A stretch of 64,000 bases of DNA from Candidatus Hydrogenedentota bacterium. Lineage in GTDB: Bacteria > Hydrogenedentota > Hydrogenedentia > Hydrogenedentales > SLHB01. Numbering within the stretch: position 1 is the first letter of the stretch; each line of letters begins with the position of its first letter. Below the pieces are notes generated by a model. The model was not told where the DNA came from, did not search any database, and saw only the letters and a list, made by a program, of their open reading frames with translations. Both the position numbers and the translations under genes were made by a program. Below are positions 29,609 to 40,117 of this stretch, in pieces. The stretch lies in NCBI GenBank assembly GCA_045863295.1, contig BTWA01000028.1, positions 22,228-86,227 of the forward strand, written 5' to 3'.

Positions 29609-30640
29609 TCAAATCTCCAATACGATCTTGCCGAATTGTTCTCCGTTTTCCATGCGCATAGTGGCTATGCGAACATCCGCATGAGCAAAGGCGGTGTCTA
29701 CCACCGGCTTGAGTTTGGACATATGCACAGTGTCCAGCATCTGGCGGAAATCTTCTTGCGTTCCCATGGTAGAACCCATAACGGTCACGTGGTTCCAATA
29801 CAAAGCGGAGATGCTGACCTGTGCAGAGGCGCCGCTAGTGACACCGCAATGCACAATGCGGCCGCCTCGCCGGACCGTATCGAAATTGATTTGCCAGGTG
29901 GCCGCGCCAGTAGTGTCAAAGGCGACGTCCACTCCGCGACCGCCGGTGATGTCCTTGACAGCCAAGGCGACGTCTGGGTTGGCGGAGTAGTTGATGGCGT
30001 GATCCGCGCCCAGTTCGCGTGCACGTCTCAATTTTTCGTCGGACGATGATGTGACGATGACTTCCGCTTGAATCAGCTTGGCGAGTTGAAGAGCGGCCAG
30101 CGCAACGCCTCCTCCGATGCCGTGAATGAGAATGCGTTCTCCGGGCTTCGTCTTTGCGCGGGAAAACAGCATTCTCCATGCGGTAATGTGCGCAAGAGGT
30201 AGTGCGGCCGCCTCCGCCGGAGTCAGATGAGACGGTTTGGACATGATGTTCGCGGCGGGAAGCGCTACCTTCTCGGCAAAAGTACCGGGGCGGCTCATGC
30301 CCACGATGCCGAAGTACAGGCATTCACTGTGTTCACCCCTCCGGCAAAACTCGCATGTTCCGCAACTCAAACCCGGATTGATGACGACTTCCGTGCCCTC
30401 CTTGATGTCCTTCACGTGGCGGCCTACGGCAGAAACAATGCCGGCGGCATCGGATCCGAGTACGTGGGGAAACATCAGTTCAAGACCGGGCCGGCCTCGT
30501 CTCACCCAAATGTCGAGGTGGTTCAATGCGGCTGCCTTGACATCAACGACGACTTCATCGACGTCGGGTTTGGGATCGGCAACTTCTTCAATATGGATGT
30601 GTTCGATTCCACCATTCTGATTGATTACAGCGGCTTTCAT
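29609..30640 (-). CDS. Zinc-binding alcohol dehydrogenase / quinone oxidoreductase family
   Basis: ALNHLD, LGSDAAG, CGTCEFC..C structural Zn site, GIGGGVA, FGKIVL. Confidence 0.88.
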   Translation of the reverse strand: MKAAVINQNGGIEHIHIEEVADPKPDVDEVVVDVKAAALNHLDIWVRRGRPGLELMFPHVLGSDAAGIVSAVGRHVKDIKEGTEVVINPGLSCGTCEFCRRGEHSECLYFGIVGMSRPGTFAEKVALPAANIMSKPSHLTPAEAAALPLAHITAWRMLFSRAKTKPGERILIHGIGGGVALAALQLAKLIQAEVIVTSSSDEKLRRARELGADHAINYSANPDVALAVKDITGGRGVDVAFDTTGAATWQINFDTVRRGGRIVHCGVTSGASAQVSISALYWNHVTVMGSTMGTQEDFRQMLDTVHMSKLKPVVDTAFAHADVRIATMRMENGEQFGKIVLEI

Positions 30641-30756
30641 GGTGAATCTCCCGATGGGTTTGTCACTGTGGTGCACAAGTTTCCATTATAGGACTTGCGA
30701 AAGCGATAGGAAATCGGGCAATTCCCCGGGGTTTTGAACCGGGGGGCCGGAAAGTG

Positions 30757-31908
30757 TCACGCAATCTCGCGGTAACATGCGGCGAGTTGGCGCGCGCTGG
30801 CGTCCCATGTGAGTTCATATGCGCGTTTAAGCCCCATTGCCGACCGGTTGGCATTTCCGTTGCTGTCTTTCCACATAGTGCAAATGCCCTCCATTATGGA
30901 TTCGGTGCTGAGCGGATCGACGTACACGGCGGCACTTCCTGCCACTTCGGGCAGTGAAGAGCTTGACGCGGTCAGCACAGGCGTGCCGGCAGCCATGGCC
31001 TCCAGCACCGGCAGTCCAAATCCTTCGTAGAGCGAGGGATAAAGGCATGCGTGCGCGCCTTTGAGCAGCGCAACGGCTTCGCGCCGGGACAAATATCCGG
31101 CGTGCAAAACACTGCCGTTTCGGCTTTGGGTTTCTATCGCGTCAAAGGTGCTCTCGGATTTCCAACCGCGCTTGCCTGCAAGCACAAGCGCTGGCAAATC
31201 GGGGAATCGTTCTCGCGCATGCACGTAAGCGGCAATCAGCCGCACAAGATTCTTGCGGGGCTCGATGGTTCCGAGATGGATGAAATAGGGGCCGGAAACA
31301 CCTATACGCCGCAACGTTTCACTGAGGAATTCCGGACCGAAGTCTTCTGCAAACTCGGTGTTGTCAACCCCGTTGGGAATTGCGCGAATTCGATCAGCGG
31401 GTACATTCAGTATGTCCATCATTTCCTGTTTGCAGTGTTCGGAAACGGTAACAATGATATCTGCCTCTCGAGCGCACTGGCGCAGCAAGGTCTTTTGAAC
31501 GTCGATAGTACGGGGTGTATGTGTCTCTGGAACGCGGTAGCACGAAAGGTCGTGCACTGTAACAACGCGGACCGCTTTACTCGCGGCGGGAGTTTGATGG
31601 CAGAGGTTGTGGGCAATGCGCGCTGGGCCGGAGAACCATTCGATAGGTGGCCAGGAGAACCGGGTCCAGGCGTAGTATTTGAGAAGCCGGCTGTGACCGT
31701 ATATGGCTTCACGCGTTGCGCTTGGAATTTTGCCTGACAGCATGGGGACGGCGTGGCGATCGCCAGTTGCAAAAATGCGGAGGTCCAGTTCCGGGTGCAG
31801 CCTCGCCAGCGCTTGAATTTGGAATAGAGCCGCATAACCGACGCCTGTCATAGGGGTCTCGGCGGCACAACTCATATCAAGAGCGACCGTGAGGGAGTTC
31901 ATGTGCAC
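30757..31908 (-). CDS. Glycosyltransferase family 4
   Basis: TVHDL, GTIEPRKNL, YPSLYEGFGLPVLEAMAAG. Confidence 0.92.
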   Translation of the reverse strand: MHMNSLTVALDMSCAAETPMTGVGYAALFQIQALARLHPELDLRIFATGDRHAVPMLSGKIPSATREAIYGHSRLLKYYAWTRFSWPPIEWFSGPARIAHNLCHQTPAASKAVRVVTVHDLSCYRVPETHTPRTIDVQKTLLRQCAREADIIVTVSEHCKQEMMDILNVPADRIRAIPNGVDNTEFAEDFGPEFLSETLRRIGVSGPYFIHLGTIEPRKNLVRLIAAYVHARERFPDLPALVLAGKRGWKSESTFDAIETQSRNGSVLHAGYLSRREAVALLKGAHACLYPSLYEGFGLPVLEAMAAGTPVLTASSSSLPEVAGSAAVYVDPLSTESIMEGICTMWKDSNGNANRSAMGLKRAYELTWDASARQLAACYREIA

Positions 31909-31945
31909 CGCCTTCAGCGGCCTTGTTCAGGCGGACGCGCGGGAA

Positions 31946-32734
31946 TCATATGGGAGTGGCCCGTTGATCGCGCCGTGCATATGCAGGGTCAGCGGGCGAG
32001 GGTTCCTTGCTGGGACGCTCTTCCAGGATGTGCACAAGCGAGTCCAAATCCTCCCCATTCGGTTTGGGCTGCGCTTCGCGCTCAATGAGCTTGAAGGCGA
32101 GTTCCGTGGCACGCATCTGAATCTCTTCAGACGAGCCGTGCATCATCTTTTGCAGCAGAACTTGTTTCAACGTTTCCTGGGTCAGTCCGGACGCTGGGGC
32201 GGCGGCATCACCGGCGGAGTATTGCGCGGGTCTTTGTACACGTACGACAGTCGGCGGGGGATCCGGCACCGCAGGTTTATGTTCGAGCACGAGGCCGCGC
32301 GCAATGTTCATTGATATGACGCACTGTTGCCGCGCGGCGTCGATGTCGGAGTTGCCTGGATACTGAACCGATAGGTCATTAAAAAGGACTAGAGCCTCGG
32401 CATATCGCTTGTTGAAGTACAGGTCGACTGCTTCGGCGAAGCGCCTCTTGGCATCGTCGGTGGGCCGGTGCCCGTTGTGGGAGATCGATTCCTGGCGCGT
32501 AGCCTGAGGAGAGGCGGCCTCTCCCCCTACTGTGAATGCATGGCCGCAGGATGGGCACGAAACCGCACGCCCCAGCGGACGGCCAGGCGCGACAGGCGTT
32601 TTCACCGGCACTGCACTTTCCTTGGTGATGGCAATGGTCTGGCCGCAGCCTGGACACAGGCCCATCTTGCCCAAGGCGGACTGGGGTACTTGAATGCGTT
32701 CGCCGCAACTGCATATGACCATCAAGCGTCGCAT
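31946..32734 (-). CDS. Zinc-ribbon hypothetical protein
   Basis: CSCG..CPGCG and CPSCG knuckles, then a TPR-like helical pair. Confidence 0.7.
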   Translation of the reverse strand: MRRLMVICSCGERIQVPQSALGKMGLCPGCGQTIAITKESAVPVKTPVAPGRPLGRAVSCPSCGHAFTVGGEAASPQATRQESISHNGHRPTDDAKRRFAEAVDLYFNKRYAEALVLFNDLSVQYPGNSDIDAARQQCVISMNIARGLVLEHKPAVPDPPPTVVRVQRPAQYSAGDAAAPASGLTQETLKQVLLQKMMHGSSEEIQMRATELAFKLIEREAQPKPNGEDLDSLVHILEERPSKEPSPADPAYARRDQRATPI

Positions 32735-32768
32735 GGTCTACACGCGGATCCTCATTGAGTTGGCCGGT

Positions 32769-34535
32769 TCAACGACGGCCCAGAAAACGCAACAAAGCTT
32801 CCACCATCATTTTCTGCTCGTCTTGTCCCGGTACGTCCATAATATCGGGCAACGAATTGGTATCTCGCACGGGAGCATCCGATCCATCCAAATCGACAGA
32901 GGCGGCCATCGGGGCATTCGCCGCAAGGGCGTCGGTAGGATGCAAGCTCTCGATAGCGTGGTTCAGGCGTTGCACTTCCCGGCCTTTGGCATCTACTTCA
33001 CCCCGGGCATTTTCCAATTCAATCGAGAGTCGCTCAATTTCGAACTGGCGGTCTTTGACCTCGGCCTGCAATGTTTCGATCGTTTCCTGACGCCTACGTG
33101 CCTCTCCCAATGCGTGTTCGGTCCGTTCCTCCGCATCTCGCAGATGCTCTTCAAGTTGCCTCAACGTCGACGCACGATCCAGATCCCGGTCTTCCGCGTC
33201 TTTCAGGGATTGCTGAAATGTTTCTCGATCCCCGGTGAGTTCCACTACTTGATCACGCAGAATATTCATGTCCAGCGCGTTGGTACGGCAGGTGTCGCGA
33301 AGTGTGTCGACCTCCTGCCGGGTACGGCGCAATTCGTCTTCGAAGGCTGCCTTTTCGAGACGGATAACTTCCACTTCCTGGCGAAGTTCATCGAGCTTGG
33401 CTTCCGCTGCGTCAGCCCTTTCGTCCGCCTGATGCACCTCGGCGGCGCGTTCCGCCGCAATACCTTTCAGTGTGGCGTGCTCGTTGTTCAAAAGCTCTAG
33501 TTCGCTTTCCAAAGAGCGCAACCGCTCCGCCGTATCGTCGGCGGCGATTCGCACAGAATCACGCGAGTCTTCCAAGCGCTGAATATCGGTTTGAAGCATT
33601 CGAATCTGTTCGTCTTTGGCGGCGGACGCCATGCGGCTTTCAATCAAGACGTTATTCAGATTCTCATTCTCGGCTTCCTTCTGTTCGATCTCGGCTTGCA
33701 ACAAGTCGATCGACTGGCGAAGCCCGTCCAATTCGCGGCTCAACCGATCGCGGTCGGCCAATGCACCGGCGGACTCTGTCTGGTCCTCATCACTGGCCTC
33801 CAGTGCATCCTGCAATTGGCGACGGAGTTCTTCGGTTTGTGCCGCCGATTGGTTCAGCTCTTCCAACAACCGGTCTACTTCACGCGTTTTGGCACGAAGT
33901 TGATCCTGTAGTTCTTCAACATGACCGATGCTTTCCGGGACCGGTGCAACGGCCATTGGCTCCAGGGCGTTTGCACGGGCCGCCAAAAGCGCCGATTCGA
34001 GTTCGGACACTTTGGATTCGGCATTTCGTACCGATTGGTCCGCCGCTGCTATTTCCGCCTCAAAATCTTCCATTCGACGAGCCGACTGAAGCGCCTTATC
34101 CTCCAGTTCGCGGACTTGCCGCTCGAACCGGGAGGCCGCTTCACGCGATTGGTCCAGATCGGCCCGGAGGCCCTCGGACCTTTTTTCGGATTCTGCCAGA
34201 GCGGCTTTCAGTTGACTGATTTCGCGCTCCAGATCGAACCCGGGAGTTGCGCTTTTGAGTGGCGCGGCCGGTTTGGCCGGCAGGGTTGCGGCGGATGGCT
34301 TTGCAGGCGGTTTGGCAAAGGTAGCCGGAGACTTGGCTGTACTTACGGAGGTAGACTCGGGCTTTCCCAGGTCCATGGGAACGAGCACCACCCGTTTACA
34401 TCTGCGGCACCAAGTGTGTTTTCCCACATTATCGGCATCAACAACCAATATTGACGAACATCGGGGGCATTCGAATGTGAGAGCTTTCTCGGGGTGTTCC
34501 ATTCGGGCCATGGGTGGTATTCCAATCGTCTTCAT
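32769..34535 (-). CDS. Zinc-ribbon + long coiled-coil protein
   Basis: CPRC..CRRC, Pro/Ala/Lys linker, about 430 aa of E/Q/R/L-rich heptads. Confidence 0.75.
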   Translation of the reverse strand: MKTIGIPPMARMEHPEKALTFECPRCSSILVVDADNVGKHTWCRRCKRVVLVPMDLGKPESTSVSTAKSPATFAKPPAKPSAATLPAKPAAPLKSATPGFDLEREISQLKAALAESEKRSEGLRADLDQSREAASRFERQVRELEDKALQSARRMEDFEAEIAAADQSVRNAESKVSELESALLAARANALEPMAVAPVPESIGHVEELQDQLRAKTREVDRLLEELNQSAAQTEELRRQLQDALEASDEDQTESAGALADRDRLSRELDGLRQSIDLLQAEIEQKEAENENLNNVLIESRMASAAKDEQIRMLQTDIQRLEDSRDSVRIAADDTAERLRSLESELELLNNEHATLKGIAAERAAEVHQADERADAAEAKLDELRQEVEVIRLEKAAFEDELRRTRQEVDTLRDTCRTNALDMNILRDQVVELTGDRETFQQSLKDAEDRDLDRASTLRQLEEHLRDAEERTEHALGEARRRQETIETLQAEVKDRQFEIERLSIELENARGEVDAKGREVQRLNHAIESLHPTDALAANAPMAASVDLDGSDAPVRDTNSLPDIMDVPGQDEQKMMVEALLRFLGRR

Positions 34536-34594
34536 GTTGGCCGCATTATATCACTTCCAACGCATAACTGTATATTGTGTATTTTGACTTCAAT

Positions 34595-35380
34595 TCAGGG
34601 AATCAACCCAAGCAGTTGCGAGTGCACGTGCCCGTTTGTGATGGCGATGCCCTGCCGTCCCGACAGTGTCTGGACCGATGAGCCGTCCAATTTGGAACTA
34701 CTGCCGCCAGCTTCTTCGGCAATGAGCATGGCGGCGGCGAAATCCCACGGATTCAGACCCACGTGAACGTAAATATCACTGTCGCCTGTCGCAATAGAGC
34801 AAATACCAATCACCGCCGCACAATAACACCGGACCTGGCCCACCTGTTCCATGAGCGGGCGGAACGTATCCACTGTAGCGGCTCTGTCCCGTTGAACAGA
34901 GAAATCGATTTCGGCGCGCGCCATGGTCAGGTCCGTGACGTTGGACACGTGTAACCGCTGGCCATTGCGCGTTGCGCCGGCGCCCCGCTCGGCCAGGAAG
35001 AGCGTCTCCTGCATAGGTACCAGGACACCGCCCGCGGCCACTTCCCCATCTTGGCAAAAGGCAATCGACACGCCGAATGCGGGGAATAGACTGCGGACGA
35101 AATTCTGGGTGCCGTCAATGGGGTCAATCAGCCAGACCCGTCCGGCATTTTGGTGGGGCAATTCATGTAGGCCGGACTCTTCGCCGACGATGATGTCGTC
35201 GGGGTATTCGTCGCGGATGCGCGCGACGATGCGCTCCTGGACTGCCAGGTCCACTTCCGTCAGCATATCGTTGGGGTCTATTTTGTGGGATATGTGCACT
35301 TCGTGCCGGGCATTGTACCGGTCACGAACGTATTCAGAGACCGCCCTCAATTCCGCTTCGATGAATGCTATTTCTGTCAA
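34595..35380 (-). CDS. Inositol monophosphatase family (SuhB-like)
   Basis: GEE, WLIDPIDGTQNF, PWDFAAA. Confidence 0.92.
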   Translation of the reverse strand: MTEIAFIEAELRAVSEYVRDRYNARHEVHISHKIDPNDMLTEVDLAVQERIVARIRDEYPDDIIVGEESGLHELPHQNAGRVWLIDPIDGTQNFVRSLFPAFGVSIAFCQDGEVAAGGVLVPMQETLFLAERGAGATRNGQRLHVSNVTDLTMARAEIDFSVQRDRAATVDTFRPLMEQVGQVRCYCAAVIGICSIATGDSDIYVHVGLNPWDFAAAMLIAEEAGGSSSKLDGSSVQTLSGRQGIAITNGHVHSQLLGLIP

Positions 35381-35559
35381 GTGAGTACCGCCTCTCTGCC
35401 TTTGCCGCTCACGTTGTTCGCGTTGGCGGGCAACAATTCGAATCCAGTTTGCATTTATTTAGTCTCCGTCGAGATTGATGGGGACGTTCCCTGGCTGCCC
35501 GGATTCTGGATCGTTGTCGATAGGCACGACTGACATCCCTGTGCGCGTTACGCGCGCGT

Positions 35560-36291
35560 TCACGTATGCGATGCGGCGCGCTGTTGGTGGCGGACACCGG
35601 CCGCACCGGCAATGATGACGTCCGTGGCGATACCAAGAAAGAGCCCGTGGCCCACGAGACCCGCAATGGCATCGAGTTCACCTGCGAGCCCTTTGAGATC
35701 GGGAATCGGCCCGAATCTGCCGTCCAGAATCAGGTTGCCCTGGTCGCTGAGAAAGGGTTTTCCGTCGGCGCCTTGACGGACAGTGACCTCTTTGGCAAGC
35801 GCGGCAATGCGTTCGCGCACGGGCCTCAACGCGAAGGGAATGACTTCGATGGGCACGGGAAACAAGGTGCCCAGCCGGGGCGAACACTTGCTTTCATCTA
35901 CCACGATAATGACGCGCTTCGATGCACTTGCCACGATCTTTTCGCGTATTAGTGCGCCGCCGCCGCCTTTGATGACATTCAGATCGGGGTCGATTTCATC
36001 GGCGCCGTCTATGGTCAGATCCACGTGGGGATGGTGCTCTAGTGTGGTCAGGGGCACCCCCAGTTTTTCAGCTTCGCCCTGCACAAACAGCGAACAAGGC
36101 ACACCGCGAATATCTTTGAGTTCGCCGGTTAGAATGCGTGCCGCAATGCGCCGAATTGCATGAATTGCCGTTGAACCGTGGCCCAAGCCCACGATCATAC
36201 CGTCACGCACCGAGTCCACCGCCTGTTCGGCCGCCTGCTTTTTGTAAAAGTCTTTTGGATCCATTGCCTGTTGCATCGTACCCTTGCTCAT
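35560..36291 (-). CDS. rpiA: Ribose-5-phosphate isomerase A
   Basis: GLGHGSTA, IDGADEID, KGGGGALIREK. Confidence 0.95.
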   Translation of the reverse strand: MSKGTMQQAMDPKDFYKKQAAEQAVDSVRDGMIVGLGHGSTAIHAIRRIAARILTGELKDIRGVPCSLFVQGEAEKLGVPLTTLEHHPHVDLTIDGADEIDPDLNVIKGGGGALIREKIVASASKRVIIVVDESKCSPRLGTLFPVPIEVIPFALRPVRERIAALAKEVTVRQGADGKPFLSDQGNLILDGRFGPIPDLKGLAGELDAIAGLVGHGLFLGIATDVIIAGAAGVRHQQRAASHT

Positions 36292-36521
36292 TGGCTCAAA
36301 AAAGAAAAATGCGCCGCCTTAGGCACGCATCGGGAGTTCCAAACCGGGAAGCGAACCGAATGGTAGCGAAGCCGGGGCTGGAATTCCAGCCGATGGTCTC
36401 GCGGTTCACTTCCCGTCCGTGCGCCAGGCGGATTATGATCTGCGAAGCCCATCGGGATACGTTGATGCGGACGTCGATCTTCGGTACAGTCGCGGACATA
36501 CCCATGTTGCGGAGACTAGCG

Positions 36522-36968
36522 ATGACTGTACAGACAGGCGGAAGGCAGGTCCTTGTCCACGGGCTGGCGCTGATACTCGCCGGGTTGCTTTGGGGCATGT
36601 GTGTTCCATTGACGCCGTATCCGAGGCTTGCGCTGGGCGCCCACATCCAATTTAATGTCAACGGCATGTTGCTTATTCTGCTGTCGCTCGTGCTGACCAA
36701 GGTACCCAACCGTTCCGGAGCCGGGACTGCCGGGGCCATGGTTTTTACAGCCTGGATGACCTGGCCGATGGCGTTGTCGGAAGTGGCGAATGCATGGTGG
36801 GGAACGAGACAAGTCCTACCTATTGCGGCGGAGCAGGCGGGCGCTAGCGGGGGCGCGACATGGCAAGAACTCATTGTGACTGCGTGCCACATCCCCGGGT
36901 CGATTGGTTTGATTCTCACAGTGGGACTGTTGTTGTCGGGCGTTCTAAGACAAGTTGACCCGGGATGA
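36522..36968 (+). CDS. Four-TM protein resembling hydroxylaminobenzene mutase Hab / styrene oxide isomerase
   Basis: GL.L.L.GLL.G..P..PRLALGAH....NGMLL..WWG...PIAA..QELI pattern recalled from HabB-like proteins. Confidence 0.6.
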   Translation: MTVQTGGRQVLVHGLALILAGLLWGMCVPLTPYPRLALGAHIQFNVNGMLLILLSLVLTKVPNRSGAGTAGAMVFTAWMTWPMALSEVANAWWGTRQVLPIAAEQAGASGGATWQELIVTACHIPGSIGLILTVGLLLSGVLRQVDPG

Positions 36969-37149
36969 GGAGTGCGTGGCCACTGGCAAGAGCGGAAGCG
37001 GTCAACACACAAAACTAGATTTCGTAGAGCCACTTTCATTCACCGGCCGATTTGACAACCGCGCGAGTCCGAATGAGAATGAGATTATTGGCGCCGCTCG
37101 CGGAGTTTTCCGCGGATGTACACATTCATTGCGAGGGGGAAATCGAATC

Positions 37150-37596
37150 GTGAAACCGAGTGACGAGATTCGCAATCCGTCGCTATTCTCGATCCAACTC
37201 GTCGCGGGCTGTATCATTACGATGATTTTTGTCTATGTGGCGGCCGGTTGGGGATTGATCGCCACAGGGGTAATTCCGAAAGAGGGGCTGGGCGACCTCA
37301 GTCCGAGCGCATACACCACGCTGTCACTAGTGTTTGTGGCAATAGGTCTGCCGATCATTGGGGCATCGTTTCCGATCAAGCGCGCGCTTCAAACCAAGAT
37401 TTCGGCGAGAAATGGTACGGGTCCATCCAATGCAAGCGCCATTGCAGTTGCTATTGCGATCTGCGAGGCACCCGCCTTGTTCGGGTTCACCTTGGCAATG
37501 CTGGGCGGAATTACACCTTACTGCTGGGTGCTCTGGTCATTGAGCTTCGCCGCGTCCATCTTACATTTCCCGTTGCGGATGCCTGAGCGGCCATAG
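37150..37596 (+). CDS. Hypothetical four-TM membrane protein
   Basis: Four hydrophobic segments; AICEAPALFG..LHFP. Confidence 0.65.
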   Translation: MKPSDEIRNPSLFSIQLVAGCIITMIFVYVAAGWGLIATGVIPKEGLGDLSPSAYTTLSLVFVAIGLPIIGASFPIKRALQTKISARNGTGPSNASAIAVAIAICEAPALFGFTLAMLGGITPYCWVLWSLSFAASILHFPLRMPERP

Positions 37597-37610
37597 TAGG
37601 AGAATCATCC

Positions 37611-38729
37611 ATGTGCTCATTGATTTCCATGATCTTCATCAGCGCCGCCGCGGGCGCGACCGCCGCAACCGGCACGGGCGATCGTTGGGTGAATCCCGCG
37701 GTCACTCCACTTGAATGCACGCGCAACGGCACTTTTTTCCAGCGATCGGACGGTTCGCTGTTGACCATTGAGTCGGGACAAGTCAGGGCAAGCACGGATG
37801 GCGGTGTTTCCTGGACGCCCGTTGGCGTTCCGTTCGATGCAGGCGCCCAATTTGAGCATGTGGGCCATGTGGGCCAGTTTATGCAAATGCGAGATGGTTC
37901 ATGGGTGGTTGTATATCTCGATATGGCCCATATCAACTGGGGCTGGAATGATGAACGAGGCGAACCAAACCCCGATGTGAAGCTCGAGATGTGGTCTGTA
38001 CGGAGCAAGGACGAAGGCACGACGTGGATAGATAAGCAGCGCGTCCTGGATGGATACAATGCGGATTTTATGGGCTTTATCGAAACAAGGGACGGCCGCT
38101 TGGTCGCCTCGGTCGAACATTTGGATCCGAACATCAAGCGATGGGTCGCGATGTCACTGTGGTCAGACGATGGTGGGGTTACCTGGAACAAGAGCAATGT
38201 GATTGATTTGGGCGGCCATGGTCACCACGACGGCGCCCTGGAACCGTCCGTCGTGGAATTGAAAGACGGCCGATTAATGATGTGGATACGCACGAACCAT
38301 GATTACTTCTGGAAGGCGTATTCGAACGACGGCGGTCGCAATTGGCGTCACGTGGAGCGAAGCACGGTTGAAGCGAGTAGTGCTCCCGCGTGGTTAGGCC
38401 GAATGGCTAGCGGCCGCCTCGGCCTACTGTGGAATCCCGCTAAAGCGGAAGGCGCCACGGTAATCGATCGCCGGCCTCCTGGACCGGGCCACGCCAATCC
38501 GACATCCTGGTTTCGGGAAGAACTCTGTATTGCGTTTTCCGATGACGACGGCGAGACATGGTCTAAACCGGTTGTAATTGCGCGGCAGCCAAAAGGGCAG
38601 CTGTCGTACCCGTACTTTCTTGAACGGGCGCCTGGGGAACTGTGGGTGTTTACCCGGTACACGTTTATGCCGGGCGGCGCGGCGGCGCCGCTGCAGGTGC
38701 GGCTGAAGGAACAGGATTTTGTGAAATAA
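37611..38729 (+). CDS. BNR-repeat sialidase-like (GH33-type) secreted protein
   Basis: Five Asp-boxes (STDGGVSW, SKDEGTTW, SDDGGVTW, SNDGGRNW, SDDDGETW), EP, SYP; AGGAGA RBS. Confidence 0.85.
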   Translation: MCSLISMIFISAAAGATAATGTGDRWVNPAVTPLECTRNGTFFQRSDGSLLTIESGQVRASTDGGVSWTPVGVPFDAGAQFEHVGHVGQFMQMRDGSWVVVYLDMAHINWGWNDERGEPNPDVKLEMWSVRSKDEGTTWIDKQRVLDGYNADFMGFIETRDGRLVASVEHLDPNIKRWVAMSLWSDDGGVTWNKSNVIDLGGHGHHDGALEPSVVELKDGRLMMWIRTNHDYFWKAYSNDGGRNWRHVERSTVEASSAPAWLGRMASGRLGLLWNPAKAEGATVIDRRPPGPGHANPTSWFREELCIAFSDDDGETWSKPVVIARQPKGQLSYPYFLERAPGELWVFTRYTFMPGGAAAPLQVRLKEQDFVK

Positions 38730-38812
38730 TTGCGCATAGACTCGCACATTTGGGCCATGAATCCAGTGTGGGTATTTGCGCATCTCCCGTTCGTTTTGAG
38801 TAGGTACATGTA

Positions 38813-40117
38813 ATGAAGAAGACTGAGTCCGTTCGGTGGAGTCTCATGGCACTGTGTTGCTTCGTCACGGTGGCGGGGGCTGTCGCGGACCGATACGATG
38901 AACCGCCGATTGAGTACAGCAAGGCCGACGATAGCAATGCCGTGTCCCAAATGGCGGCCGATTTGGCCGATGGCACGCTGGTTCTGGAACGGAGTGCTCC
39001 GTTTGGATATCTGAAGCCGTTGCTGGCGTACCTGGGAGTGCCGCAGGAGTCTCAAGTGCTGGTTTTCTCCAAAACCAGTCTCCAGACCCGATTCATTTCG
39101 CCCGATAGCCCTCGCGCTATTTACTTTAATGACGACATCTATGTCGGGGCCGTGAAGTACAGCGGCACAATAGAGATTTCGACGGCGGACCCGAAACTTG
39201 GAACGGCATTCTACACGCTCTCAGAACACGAATCGGGCCGGCCCATGATAACTCGTCAAACCGACAACTGTCTGCAATGTCACGCGTCCACCCTTACCGA
39301 CGGATTTCCGGGGCACATAGTACGATCTGTTTATCCCGATGCCGAGGGCTTTCCCATTTTGCAGGCGGGCACCCATGTCACGACGCATGAGAGCCCATTT
39401 GTTGAGCGCTGGGGCGGCTGGTATGTCACCGGAACGCACGGAAGCATGCGGCACATGGGCAATTCGATTGCCGTTCCCACCGAGTACGCTGCGGAAATCG
39501 ATACCGAGGCGGGAGCAAACAGAACTGATCTGACACACGTGGCGGATCTGGGAGATTACCTGACCCCACACAGCGACATTGTCGCCCTGATGGTTCTTGA
39601 ACATCAGACACGAATGCATAACTTGATGACGTCCGCGGATTTCGAAACCCGTCTCGCCTTGCGTGATCAGGCCATCATGGACGAGGCGCTCAATCGGTCT
39701 GGCGGTGAGCTGAGCGAATCCACGCAACGCCGGATTGCAAGCGCCGGATCCAAGCTGGTTGACTACTTGCTGTTCGCGAGGGAGGTGCCCCTGAAAAGTG
39801 CCATCGCTGGAACGTCGGGGTTCGCGGAGTGGTTCACAGCCCAAGGTCCACGAGACAGCCTTGGCCGTTCCGTGCGCGAGTTTGATCTCCGGACCCGCCT
39901 GTTCAAGTATCCGTTAAGTTACCTCATATATTCTGCGCAATTCGATGCACTACCTGTGGAAATGAGAGAATACGTTTATGCTCGGCTGTGGGGCATCCTT
40001 ACTGGCGGGGCCGATGCAGAACGCTACCCCCATTTGGATGAAGGAACGCGCAAGGCTATCCGCCAAATCCTGGCGGAAACCAAGACAAACCTTTCCAGCC
40101 ATTGGAAAGCTGATTAA
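38813..40117 (+). CDS. Secreted monoheme c-type protein of unknown function
   Basis: Signal peptide, SQVLVFSKTSLQ, CLQCH, RWGGWYVTG, SDIVALMVLEHQ. Confidence 0.7.
   Translation: MKKTESVRWSLMALCCFVTVAGAVADRYDEPPIEYSKADDSNAVSQMAADLADGTLVLERSAPFGYLKPLLAYLGVPQESQVLVFSKTSLQTRFISPDSPRAIYFNDDIYVGAVKYSGTIEISTADPKLGTAFYTLSEHESGRPMITRQTDNCLQCHASTLTDGFPGHIVRSVYPDAEGFPILQAGTHVTTHESPFVERWGGWYVTGTHGSMRHMGNSIAVPTEYAAEIDTEAGANRTDLTHVADLGDYLTPHSDIVALMVLEHQTRMHNLMTSADFETRLALRDQAIMDEALNRSGGELSESTQRRIASAGSKLVDYLLFAREVPLKSAIAGTSGFAEWFTAQGPRDSLGRSVREFDLRTRLFKYPLSYLIYSAQFDALPVEMREYVYARLWGILTGGADAERYPHLDEGTRKAIRQILAETKTNLSSHWKAD

Noticed and set aside
32769..34535. SMC-family ATPase
   Set aside because: No Walker A/B motifs or hinge; coiled coil only.
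35381..35559. tmRNA-like TAAATAAATGCAAAC on the minus strand
   Set aside because: No tRNA-like ends and no Ala-ending tag; the region is too short.
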